Source: a virus (Duplodnaviria; Caudoviricetes). Taken from it: DNA of 42,263 bases. The DNA lies in the IMG/VR virus record IMGVR_UViG_3300024325_000005, positions 1 through 42,263 of that record, one strand, 5' to 3'. Both the position numbers and the translations under genes were made by a program. Numbering within the stretch: the first letter of the stretch is position 1; every line of letters begins with the position of its first letter. Under the pieces are notes generated by a model, which did not search any database, was not told where the DNA came from, and worked only from the letters and a program-made list of their open reading frames with translations. Shown piece after piece: positions 1-7,817 of the stretch.

Positions 1-224
1 CCCTGCCCCGGATTTACCGCCGGAAGGACCCGCCGTCCGTGGCGCTCCAGTGCGAGCCAGGCGAGGTATCGGAGGAAGTGCACCGTCCGGCCGTCGCCGA
101 TCTTCGCCCCCGCCTGCCGACGCTGGCGAGCCAGGGCGGGCAGGGTGAGCACCGGGCCGAGCGGTGTGCCGTTCACCAGGCCGCACAGTTCGGCCGGCTT
201 CAACTTGCGCAGGTCAATCGGCAC
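1..224 (-). CDS. N-terminal part of terminase large subunit (wHTH-like), runs off the window start
   Basis: Manual translation from GTG at 224: MPIDLRKLKPAELCGLVNGTPLGPVL...IGDGRTVHFLRYLAWL..., no stop before position 1; overlaps the stop of the upstream gene; resembles recalled N-termini of Planctomycete phage GpA terminases. Confidence 0.7.
   Translation of the reverse strand, partial: MPIDLRKLKPAELCGLVNGTPLGPVLTLPALARQRRQAGAKIGDGRTVHFLRYLAWLALERHGRRVLPAVNPGQ
25..31 (-). other. cosQ-like packaging signal GGGTCCT
   Basis: Minus strand reads CGGGTCCTTCCGG, 24 nt before the window end; lambda cosQ (GGGTCCT, in the context CGGGTCCTTTCCGG) lies 23 nt before the lambda right end. Confidence 0.55.
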
Positions 225-432
225 GTGCGGCTCCGTTCAGCCACGCCGCGTATTGCACCGGATGGATCTTCCCGTTCGCCGTGGGCAGGCCCGCGGCGAC
301 GTCGGCCTCCACCTGTTCCGCGGTCACCGGACCGAGCCCCGCCTTCGTAAGTAGCGCGGCCAGTTCCGCGGGCGTATACGCGGGCCCCGTGGATCCCGGA
401 CTGTCCGACGGCTTTTCTGGTTTTTTTCCCAT
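214..432 (-). CDS. Small DNA-binding protein, putative terminase small subunit-like
   Basis: 72 aa from MGKKPEKP; YTPAELAALL...ADVAAGLPTANGKIHPVQYAAWL; immediately upstream of and overlapping the terL start. Confidence 0.6.
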   Translation of the reverse strand: MGKKPEKPSDSPGSTGPAYTPAELAALLTKAGLGPVTAEQVEADVAAGLPTANGKIHPVQYAAWLNGAARAD

Positions 433-606
433 GTCGAGCTGAAAGCTACCCGCCACGCAACTCCCAGCGAAACAAGGGCATCCGTTGGACCGTGCATTCC
501 GGCCGCGAAAAAACTCCGCGCAATCCGGTAAATCGGTCGAAACATTTTCGGTCCGATGACGTATATATAGGTAGAGGTCGGACTGAAACGCGAACGGGAG
601 ACAGAA

Positions 607-711
607 ATGAAGTTCACGAAACGGGACCTGGCTGAAGCGGCTTGGATCATCGCCCGAACGGTCCTCGGCATCGCCGGCACTCTGGCGTGGTACTACTTCG
701 TCATTCGCTAA
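607..711 (+). CDS. 34-aa membrane peptide leading the amidoligase operon
   Basis: GGGAG RBS, ATG 607, TAA 709-711; MKFTKRDLAEAAWIIARTVLGIAGTLAWYYFVIR; below the ORF track cutoff. Confidence 0.6.
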   Translation: MKFTKRDLAEAAWIIARTVLGIAGTLAWYYFVIR

Positions 712-734
712 TCCCTTACACGAAAGGCCCTGCA

Positions 735-1568
735 ATGGACGTCAACGAAATCACCTTCGGCGTTGAAATCGAAACTACCATCCCGCACGGTGCCGTTCTG
801 GTCGGGCCGCACGGGTGTGGACTCGCCATCCCGCAACTGCCCGGGTGGAAAGCCGACGGCGACCCGTCGATCCGCACCACGCCCGCGACCCGCGATCACG
901 TGGCGTGTGAATTCGTCTCCCCCGTGTTGAAGGGTGCCGACGGCCTTCGTCAACTGCTCGCCGCCCTCGCCGTGATCAAGAGTTTCGGCGCGAAGGTGAA
1001 CCCGTCCTGCGGTCTCCACATTCACGTGGGGTTCAACAAGGCCGACACGGTCGCCGCCGCGAAACTGATGACACTGGTGGCGAACTTTGAAAAAGCCATC
1101 TTCGCCTCCACCGGCACGAAAAAGCGCGAAACCGGTCGCTGGAGCAAGGGCCTGAACCGCTACGGCGACGTGCAGCACGCTCGCCAGAACACCCAGCACG
1201 ACCGGTACCACGTGGCGAACTTCGCCACCAACAAGCCGACGGTGGAGTTCCGGGCCTTCGCCGCCACGCTCAACGCCGCGAAACTGGTCGGCTACGTTCG
1301 GTTGTGCGTGGGACTGGTCGAGCGGGCCCTGAAGGCGAAGCGGACCACGGACTGGACCGCGAAGGCACCGGTCGCCACGTCGCCGATCCACCGCGACGGC
1401 GAGGGGCTCACCGCCATCACCCGCCTGTTCTACCAGCTCGGTTGGACGAAGGGCCGTCAGCCGCACGTTCACGGTGACCTGAGCGGCGAGGGTCTGCCCG
1501 CGATCAAAACGAGCAAAAAGGAACTCACCCGCCTGGCCCGGAAGTATGACTCCGAGCCCCAAGCGTAG
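735..1568 (+). CDS. Amidoligase_2 family COOH-NH2 ligase
   Basis: TFGVEIE, DPSI, CEFVSPVL, SCGLHIHV, RY..N, TVEFR motifs. Confidence 0.88.
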   Translation: MDVNEITFGVEIETTIPHGAVLVGPHGCGLAIPQLPGWKADGDPSIRTTPATRDHVACEFVSPVLKGADGLRQLLAALAVIKSFGAKVNPSCGLHIHVGFNKADTVAAAKLMTLVANFEKAIFASTGTKKRETGRWSKGLNRYGDVQHARQNTQHDRYHVANFATNKPTVEFRAFAATLNAAKLVGYVRLCVGLVERALKAKRTTDWTAKAPVATSPIHRDGEGLTAITRLFYQLGWTKGRQPHVHGDLSGEGLPAIKTSKKELTRLARKYDSEPQA

Positions 1569-1580
1569 CGCACCGGCAAC

Positions 1581-1605
1581 CGCCCCCGCCAACGTGGCGG
1601 GGGCG
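1581..1605 (+). terminator. 11-bp GC hairpin between amidoligase and GATase
   Basis: CGCCCCCGCCA-ACG-TGGCGGGGGCG; weak U tract, so attenuator or mRNA stabiliser is equally possible. Confidence 0.45.
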
Positions 1606-1638
1606 ATCTTCCAACAAGCATCATTCTGGAGGTTTACT

Positions 1639-2349
1639 ATGTGCGGAGTATTCGGATTCGTGGCGGACGGGAACGGCGAGTTGAACCTGTCGCGGCTTGA
1701 GAAGATCGCCCGCGTCACCGAACGGCGAGGGCCGGACGCGTTCGGCTTCGCGTGGATCGACCGGCGCGGGAAACTGCACTGCTTCAAACAGACGGGCCGG
1801 ATCACCGATTACATGGGCATCCTCGCGATCGCCGAAGAGGCCACCATGCTGATCGGCCACTGCCGCTGGGCCACTCACGGCAACTTCACCAGCAACGTCA
1901 ACAACCACCCGCACCCGTCGGACGGCGGTTGGATCGTGCACAACGGCACGCTCCCCCGGTTCGAAGACGTCATCAACGATTACAGTCTGAGCCCGGTCAG
2001 CGACTGCGACTCCGAGGTCCTCGGCCTGCTCGTGGAACAGTTCGACGGGTCGATCGGCGAACGGTGTGCGAAGGCGGTCGAGGCCGCGGCCCCCGGCGAG
2101 CGCGGTCAGCCGCTGGTGATGCTCGGGCTCTGGTCGCGACCCAACCGTCTCGCCGTGGTCCGCCGCGGCAACCCGCTGCACTGGGCCAAGACAAAGGCCG
2201 GCGTGTACCTGGCCAGTCTGCCCGACGAAATGCCCGGCACGCCCAAGCCGGTGAAGAACGACAGCGTGCACGTGTTCACGCCGAAAACGGGTTGCAAGTT
2301 CCGGTCGATCGGCACGGTGCGGTCCACGTCCCGAACGTTGTTCGGGTGA
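1639..2349 (+). CDS. Class II (Ntn) glutamine amidotransferase
   Basis: MCGVFGF N-terminal Cys, RRGPDAFG, GHCRWATHG, NNHPH, HNG, DCDSE; GGAGG RBS. Confidence 0.9.
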   Translation: MCGVFGFVADGNGELNLSRLEKIARVTERRGPDAFGFAWIDRRGKLHCFKQTGRITDYMGILAIAEEATMLIGHCRWATHGNFTSNVNNHPHPSDGGWIVHNGTLPRFEDVINDYSLSPVSDCDSEVLGLLVEQFDGSIGERCAKAVEAAAPGERGQPLVMLGLWSRPNRLAVVRRGNPLHWAKTKAGVYLASLPDEMPGTPKPVKNDSVHVFTPKTGCKFRSIGTVRSTSRTLFG

Positions 2350-2446
2350 GCCACGGGCCGCGCCAGCCATCGCGGGGGCAGCGCGGCCATTCGCTCGCCG
2401 CACGTCGCGGCGAGCTGTCCAGGGTTGCAATTACAGGGGTCAGATC

Positions 2447-2872
2447 ATGCGTAGCGAACTGAAACTGAACGCGGCGGCGAAGGTGGCGGTGAAGGCGTTC
2501 CGGGATGCCAAGCCGTGGCAGGGAACGGACGCCGAGCGGGGCGACAAGTACGCCGAACTCCACCGCGGGCTGTGCGCCGCCTACGGGCTCGAAACCCTGC
2601 TGGTCCGCGACGACACCAGCGGCGAGGAACACACGTCGAGCGGCGGCAGCCGGTACATGGTCCGCGGGAACAAGATCATCCTGAGCGGCCGCCTGTCCGT
2701 GGTCACCTACCTGACCATGTTCGCCTTCGCCATGCAACGGGGAACGCGCGTCAGCCGCCGGAACGCGTCGGCCGCCGCGTCCGCGTTCGCCGTCAAAACG
2801 TTCAAGCACTTTTTCCCGCGCTCGGCGAGCCGCTGCCGCGTGGTCAACGGGCTGCTGGTGAAGGGGGACTAG
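2447..2872 (+). CDS. Hypothetical protein, possibly a degenerate zincin-like fold
   Basis: IILSGRLSVVTYLTMFAFA where an HExxH motif would be expected; third enzyme-like gene of the operon. Confidence 0.6.
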   Translation: MRSELKLNAAAKVAVKAFRDAKPWQGTDAERGDKYAELHRGLCAAYGLETLLVRDDTSGEEHTSSGGSRYMVRGNKIILSGRLSVVTYLTMFAFAMQRGTRVSRRNASAAASAFAVKTFKHFFPRSASRCRVVNGLLVKGD

Positions 2873-3078
2873 CCGCCGTCGGGCGGGGAGTCGGCCGGGT
2901 TGAACGGCCGCCCCCGTCCGTCGAGGGCGAAGGTGTGCGCGGCCTCCACCTTCGCGCCGAACAGTTCGACCGTTTCGGTGCAGTCGTCGCACTGAAACAC
3001 CGGGAACGTCCGGCCTTCGTGGGTGACCTCGCCGGCCTGGTCGAGGACCTGGCCGCACTTGGGGCAAGCGGTTTTCAT
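2869..3078 (-). CDS. Zn-ribbon hypothetical protein
   Basis: CPKC...CDDC; start MKTAC. Confidence 0.6.
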   Translation of the reverse strand: MKTACPKCGQVLDQAGEVTHEGRTFPVFQCDDCTETVELFGAKVEAAHTFALDGRGRPFNPADSPPDGG

Positions 3079-3325
3079 GGCGATCATTCTACACAGGAGG
3101 TCGACGCCGTCGGCCAGGAATTGGACCGAATGCGCGACACGATCCGCGAAGTGAATAACCGGCTCCGGGAGGACCTGGCCCTGGCGGCGCCGGTCCCATC
3201 TCGCCCGCGACGATCCCCCGCCAGCCGCCAACTGGGCGGCTCGTAACCGGGTCCGTGAACCTGTTGGAATCACCGGGGCGCGGCCGCGATCGCGGCCGCC
3301 CCTTCATTTACGAGGGAGTGTTACC

Positions 3326-3769
3326 ATGAAAGCCATTACCGTCTGCCAGCCGTGGGCCTGGGCGATCGTCAGCGGTCCGAAGCGCGTGGAGAATCGCAGT
3401 TGGTTTTCCCGGTACCGGGGGCCGCTGCTGATTCACGCGGGGAAGTCGAAGGCGTGGATGTGCACCGCGCTGGCCGACGGCACACCTGTCCCCGAAGGCC
3501 TGGCCTTCGGGGCGCTGGTCGGCGTCGCCACCGTCGTGGACTGCGTGCCGGTGGCCACCGCGCCGCCGAGCCCGTTCACGTTCGGCCCGTGGTGCTGGCT
3601 ACTCGACAACGTCTGGGCCCTCGCCGAGCCGGTCCCATACCGGGGCGCTCAAAACTTGTGGAACGTGCCCGACGACGTGGTGCGGTCGCTCAAGTTCGGC
3701 GGCGGCCGCGATCTATTCCAAGAGGTGCCGGCGCCGGCACCTCGCGACCTGTTCACTTCGGCGGGGTGA
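3326..3769 (+). CDS. ASCH domain protein
   Basis: MKAITVCQPWAWAIVSGPKRVENRSW..YRGPLLIHAG; GxKxxExR signature. Confidence 0.9.
   Translation: MKAITVCQPWAWAIVSGPKRVENRSWFSRYRGPLLIHAGKSKAWMCTALADGTPVPEGLAFGALVGVATVVDCVPVATAPPSPFTFGPWCWLLDNVWALAEPVPYRGAQNLWNVPDDVVRSLKFGGGRDLFQEVPAPAPRDLFTSAG
3725..3740. repeat. Dispersed 16-bp palindrome, copy 1 (extends to 22 bp, 3722-3743)
   Basis: GTGCCGGCGCCGGCAC in the ASCH C-terminal tail. Confidence 0.9.
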
Positions 3770-4040
3770 CCACGGCCGGCTCGTCGACCATGGTGGCGGC
3801 CTTGTTTTCCAATGACTTGAACCAGTCCTGCCACTGCTTTCGACTCCTGAAGCCACTTTGTTCCGCCATGCGCCGCACAATCTCGCTCGCGACGAGTTCG
3901 TCGGCCAGGATCACGGCGTCGAGCAGTAGCGCCCGATTGTAGGGTTCGAGGTATGCCCGCAGGTTGCCCACCAGGCTGCGGTAAGTGGGGTCCGTTTCAA
4001 ACAGTCGCCGGGCCAGGTCGCCCGCGTTGCTGTGTGGCAT
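3753..4040 (-). CDS. Hypothetical protein
   Basis: 95-aa ORF with protein-like composition, downstream of the ATPase-GNAT gene. Confidence 0.65.
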   Translation of the reverse strand: MPHSNAGDLARRLFETDPTYRSLVGNLRAYLEPYNRALLLDAVILADELVASEIVRRMAEQSGFRSRKQWQDWFKSLENKAATMVDEPAVVTPPK

Positions 4041-4064
4041 GTCATTTCCCCCGTGTCGTGGTCC

Positions 4065-5447
4065 TCACCCCAAGTAATACGCGAAGCCGCCCCGCGTGGT
4101 CATGCGCTTCGCGCCCATTTCCCTCAACACCTGCGCCAGCCGCGTGCTGCTGTAGCCGGTGCGCCGTTCCAGATCCGGCATCGACGCCGCCCGGCCTGGC
4201 TGGAGGATCGCCCGGATCCGGCCGGCGAGCCGACCGCCGTAGGCCGGCACCTTCGCGTCGAGCAGCCAGGCCAGGTCGGGCCGCTTCGGGCCGACGTATT
4301 CGAACGTCTCGGTCAACCGGCTGCAGCTGGCCGACTCGCGGAGCTTGGCCCTACGCGCTTGCACCGAACCGAACCCGAACTCAGATTTAATCCCCGAATT
4401 GATTGATGACATGCGACTTAGCGCACGCGTGGTACGCCAGAGCGGCGACCGCCGGCGGTGGCGGATCATGGCCGGGTGACTGGTGACCGACCGATACGGC
4501 TTGCCGGTGACGCCGGCGAACACCGCGGCGATCGTTTCGCTCATCGCGTTGCCGAGGCCCACGCCCTGAAAGTCGGGCAGGCACACGGTCCGGTGTTCGC
4601 GCCAGCCGGGTCGCTTGGGGTGGGGGAAGTGGACCGCGGCGGTGAACACCGCGGGCCGGCCCTCGACCAGGCCGACGAAGCAACGGGCCGAGGCGCCGAT
4701 CTCGTGATTCAAATAATGATGACGACGGAACGCGTCCCACAGGTCGGGCGATGAGCGCGCGATTTCGAGCCGGATCTCTGGCCGTCGCTGAAGCGACCTC
4801 CATGCGAACGTCCCGCTCGCCGGCTCGAAGGTCCAGTCGGGTTGCAGCCACTCGATGATGTCGTAATGGCACGCCACCGCGACGAAGCGCAGGCCGGGGC
4901 GGCTCCGCACGGCTTTAGCGACCGCCGCACTGCCGACCTGCGCTACGGTGCGGTCGACCACGGAAGTGAACTCGTCGATCACGACCGGCGGATGTGTTGC
5001 GACATTTGCATTTGTCGCGACAATTGCGTTTGTCGCGAGCGCCTCGGCCAGGGCCCGCGCCACGGTGACCCGGAACTGCTCGCCGTTGCTGAGTACGCGG
5101 AACGGCCGACACCACGCCGGCGGGCTGCTGAAGCCGACACTCGACAGCAGGCCGGTAACGTCCTGAATTGAGAGAGAGCGCGGGAAGCCGTCGACGATCG
5201 AGGCGTCGGCCGGCCAGTCGGTTCCCCCGCACGAGCCGCCCCCGAACAACTCGCGCGCGAGCGTCGTTTTCCCACACCCCGATGGCCCAACGATCAGGCC
5301 GATTTGCCAGGGCTTCGCGTCCAGGGGCAGCTCGGCGGTGAGGGCGAACGTGGACGCTTTCGCCGGCGAGAGATCGAACATCCCCTCGACCTGTTGCAGC
5401 CGCGGCGATCGTTTGATCGGGATTTCGAGTTGAATGTTCACGCGCAT
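4065..5447 (-). CDS. ABC-type ATPase fused to GNAT (Mom-like) acyltransferase, with possible C-terminal HTH
   Basis: Walker A GPSGCGKT, signature LSNGEQFR, Walker B VVIDEF, H-loop CHYD; GNAT motifs HHYL and RTVCLPDFQGVGLG; start MRVNIQ via TAATG coupling. Confidence 0.85.
   Translation of the reverse strand: MRVNIQLEIPIKRSPRLQQVEGMFDLSPAKASTFALTAELPLDAKPWQIGLIVGPSGCGKTTLARELFGGGSCGGTDWPADASIVDGFPRSLSIQDVTGLLSSVGFSSPPAWCRPFRVLSNGEQFRVTVARALAEALATNAIVATNANVATHPPVVIDEFTSVVDRTVAQVGSAAVAKAVRSRPGLRFVAVACHYDIIEWLQPDWTFEPASGTFAWRSLQRRPEIRLEIARSSPDLWDAFRRHHYLNHEIGASARCFVGLVEGRPAVFTAAVHFPHPKRPGWREHRTVCLPDFQGVGLGNAMSETIAAVFAGVTGKPYRSVTSHPAMIRHRRRSPLWRTTRALSRMSSINSGIKSEFGFGSVQARRAKLRESASCSRLTETFEYVGPKRPDLAWLLDAKVPAYGGRLAGRIRAILQPGRAASMPDLERRTGYSSTRLAQVLREMGAKRMTTRGGFAYYLG
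4995..5040. repeat. Three 18-bp-period TGTCGCGACA-like palindromes inside the ATPase gene
   Basis: TGTTGCGACA 4995, TGTCGCGACA 5013, TGTCGCGAGC 5031; AT-rich spacers; encodes LATNAIVATNANVATH. Confidence 0.75.
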
Positions 5448-5545
5448 TAGGGTTTGCCGTCCCGGATCCACAGCCAGCGGCCGATCGCACAGGAGAGCGC
5501 GAGGCAGGCCGCCAGGCCGAGGATGATCCACAGGGCCGTCACCAT
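5447..5545 (-). CDS. 32-aa membrane peptide
   Basis: MVTALWIILGLAACLALSCAIGRWLWIRDGKP; directly follows the upstream stop, and its TAA overlaps the next ATG. Confidence 0.55.
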   Translation of the reverse strand: MVTALWIILGLAACLALSCAIGRWLWIRDGKP

Positions 5546-5833
5546 TTAGGCGATGCCCAGTTCGGTCTTGAGCGCGGCGATGGCGTCGAGCGCCAGGCCA
5601 TTGGCCGCGGTGTGCGCGTCGAGCGCGGCGGCGCCCTTGTCCTGCTCGTCGTGCTGCGCCGCGGTCAATGCGACCATTGCCTGCTCGTGGACGCCGTCGG
5701 CGTTCTTCGCCGTCTGCAACGCGTCTTCGGCCACGTTGATCTTGTCCAACACCCCTTGGGATACCGGCATGACTTTCACTCCGAAAAGCCAAAAGGAAAA
5801 CCGAAACCAGAGTTTCACGGCGAGGCAGCGCAT
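5546..5833 (-). CDS. Hypothetical helical protein
   Basis: Coupled ORF starting MRCLAVKLWF; Ala-rich helical C-terminus. Confidence 0.55.
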   Translation of the reverse strand: MRCLAVKLWFRFSFWLFGVKVMPVSQGVLDKINVAEDALQTAKNADGVHEQAMVALTAAQHDEQDKGAAALDAHTAANGLALDAIAALKTELGIA

Positions 5834-6015
5834 CACGGTCCCTCGCCGGCGAACGTGTGTTCGTCCTGAATCGTAATCGTCAGCACCCGCAGCGGCTCGG
5901 TCAGGCACCGCGGGCAGTGCGCTATGCCCTCGTACCGGTCCGCGCACGAGAGCGGGCCCGACCAGTTGCAACTAACGCAAAACGAATGCGGGTCTAAATG
6001 GTTAGCGCCTTGCAT
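5833..6015 (-). CDS. Small Zn-finger protein
   Basis: CVSC...CPRC; fills the gap in the operon. Confidence 0.45.
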   Translation of the reverse strand: MQGANHLDPHSFCVSCNWSGPLSCADRYEGIAHCPRCLTEPLRVLTITIQDEHTFAGEGP

Positions 6016-6611
6016 TCGAGCCCTTCCTGGCCGAACTTTTCCAACAGTTCCAACTGCTGGGCCTCGTCTTTACACTCGACGATGATCTGGAATTTACGGT
6101 CGACGTCCTCGCCGCCGCCGCCCTGGTCGCCGCCCGTCTCTTCGCCGGGCACGATGTCGAGGTCCACGGCCAGCGCGTCGAACATCGCGGCGAGGTCCTC
6201 GTCCTCCGTCTGAATACTACGGAGCAACCGGTCGACGGCCTCGGCGTCCCACTCGGCCAGCCGGCCGGTGCGGTTGTCGGCGATCGAGTAGCCGGCGGCC
6301 GTCGCCGGGTCGTCGTCGGCCCACACCACGGCCAGGTGGGTCCACCCGAGCGCCTTCGCCGCCATCAGCCGGCCGTTGCCGGCGATCACGATCTTCGTGC
6401 TGCGGTTCACGAGGATCGCGGACCGCTGCCCGTACACTCGGAGGCTGGCGGCCGTCGCCGTCAGGTCCTCCTCGCCGTGCTGGAGACAGTTCGCCGGATC
6501 CGGCAACAGGTCGGCGATCGGCACCGCCAACGGTCGCAGGTCCGGAAGTATGTAGTCCAGGCTCTCCACCACGGGCGCGGGCGGGGGCTTGGGTTGCTTT
6601 TTCTTAGCCAT
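5994..6611 (-). CDS. ParB/Srx N-terminal domain protein (packaging/DNA-modification associated)
   Basis: DPAN..H, SLRVYGQ, IAGNGRLMAA, ADNRTG..AEWD; C-terminal FQIIVECKDEAQQ module. Confidence 0.85.
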   Translation of the reverse strand: MAKKKQPKPPPAPVVESLDYILPDLRPLAVPIADLLPDPANCLQHGEEDLTATAASLRVYGQRSAILVNRSTKIVIAGNGRLMAAKALGWTHLAVVWADDDPATAAGYSIADNRTGRLAEWDAEAVDRLLRSIQTEDEDLAAMFDALAVDLDIVPGEETGGDQGGGGEDVDRKFQIIVECKDEAQQLELLEKFGQEGLECKALTI

Positions 6612-6614
6612 GAA

Positions 6615-6905
6615 TCACCAGGGGGTTTCCGGCTCGGCCGAGTCGAGCCAGCGCTCGACCGCGTTGACCGCGTTGCCGAAGTCGTAATGGTCCTGCGTAT
6701 CGAAGAGCAGACGGCCCTCGACGTCGAGGACCTGGTACCGCGTGCCGCCGCGGCGGTGCGTGGTCAGCCGGTGAAGCAGGTAGACGCGGCCGTTGGGTCG
6801 TTCCAGCCGGAACTTCGCCGTCACGATCGGATCGACGCCGAACCGGGTGTGCGGAGGCTCGTCGACTTCACGAGATTCGGCGAATTCGAAGAGGGAGACG
6901 GGCAA
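6615..6905 (-). CDS. Hypothetical protein
   Basis: GGAGG RBS before TTG at 6905; protein-like sequence. Confidence 0.55.
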   Translation of the reverse strand: MPVSLFEFAESREVDEPPHTRFGVDPIVTAKFRLERPNGRVYLLHRLTTHRRGGTRYQVLDVEGRLLFDTQDHYDFGNAVNAVERWLDSAEPETPW

Positions 6906-7090
6906 GGCGTGTCCTCCGTGACGCGCTGGATCCAATAGTCGGCGGTGCGGAACTGTCGGGCGTGCCCGTCCTGATGCGCCAGGCACTCAGCGTAGGTGCC
7001 TTCGAAAAGGAAGCGCCACGGTTCCGAGCCGTTGCGTCGAAACTTCAGGACCGCTCGATCGACCGGCGGGGTGGCGGGTGATGTGTCCAT
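6821..7090 (-). CDS. Hypothetical protein
   Basis: MDTSPATPP...; the 3' end overlaps the next gene. Confidence 0.45.
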   Translation of the reverse strand: MDTSPATPPVDRAVLKFRRNGSEPWRFLFEGTYAECLAHQDGHARQFRTADYWIQRVTEDTPCPSPSSNSPNLVKSTSLRTPGSASIRS

Positions 7091-7129
7091 AGTGAATCGA
7101 GCATCCCCGCCCGCCGCCGGTTCGATCAC

Positions 7130-7169
7130 GAAATCACAGGATTACGTGATTCCGTAATTCCGTAATTCA
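7130..7169. repeat. Array of five 8-bp units (consensus GTRATTCC), two inverted and three direct
   Basis: GAAATCAC AGGATTAC GTGATTCC GTAATTCC GTAATTCA. Confidence 0.75.
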
Positions 7170-7763
7170 CCGCCGCAACCGCCCGCCGGCCGGGTGCGTG
7201 ATGCGCCAGACCGCGCGCCGGCCCGCGTCGACGGTGGCGGCGATCGCCGGGATCCGCCCGCACTGGTCGCCGCCGTCGGCCGTCGGCTCGCCGGCGGGAC
7301 ATGACGTGCACGTCGGGCCCTGACAGGTCGTCGACGTCGCCGGCGACAGCGGCACGCGCTGGCCGAGCCGTCGGCCGTCGCCGCCGCGGACGAAGAGGTG
7401 CATGTACCGGTTGCCGTCGCGGCCGAACGTATACGCGGCCCCGGCATAGGTGTAATTGTCGAACATGCAGCACGAGCCCCAGCCCATCGACGGGTGCCAC
7501 GCCGCACACCCGGCCGCGTCGGCCGAGACACCGGCGGGCAGGTACGCGAAGTCGTTGGACGTGTGCCCGGCAATGAAGCTCGCCGCCCGGGCCTGGGAGC
7601 AGCGCTTCGCGGCTTCCTCCAGCCCGGCGTCGTAAACGTATGGCGGCAGCCCGTTGGCCTTGCGGATCGCGTTCACCTCGTCGAGCGCGGTCCCCGTCCC
7701 GTCGTCGGCGATCGCCGCGAATCCCAGGCCGAACAGCGCCGCCACCGCGAGCAATGCCTTCAT
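7167..7763 (-). CDS. Secreted CAP/SCP-domain protein
   Basis: AGGAGG RBS; signal peptide MKALLAVAALFGLGFAAIA; ALDEVNAIRKANGLPP..DAGLEEAA..GH. Confidence 0.75.
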   Translation of the reverse strand: MKALLAVAALFGLGFAAIADDGTGTALDEVNAIRKANGLPPYVYDAGLEEAAKRCSQARAASFIAGHTSNDFAYLPAGVSADAAGCAAWHPSMGWGSCCMFDNYTYAGAAYTFGRDGNRYMHLFVRGGDGRRLGQRVPLSPATSTTCQGPTCTSCPAGEPTADGGDQCGRIPAIAATVDAGRRAVWRITHPAGGRLRR

Positions 7764-7817
7764 TGCAATCCTCCTTGAGAATGTGACTTTTCGCGTCACA
7801 TGATGGAACTCATAACG

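Noticed and set aside
4065-5447. ParA partner for ParB
   Set aside because: Motifs are ABC-type (GPSGCGKT, LSNGE), not the deviant Walker A KGGxGKT of ParA
5448-5792. N-terminal extension of the ATPase-GNAT ORF given in the track
   Set aside because: Overlaps two better coupled small genes; the real start is probably 5447
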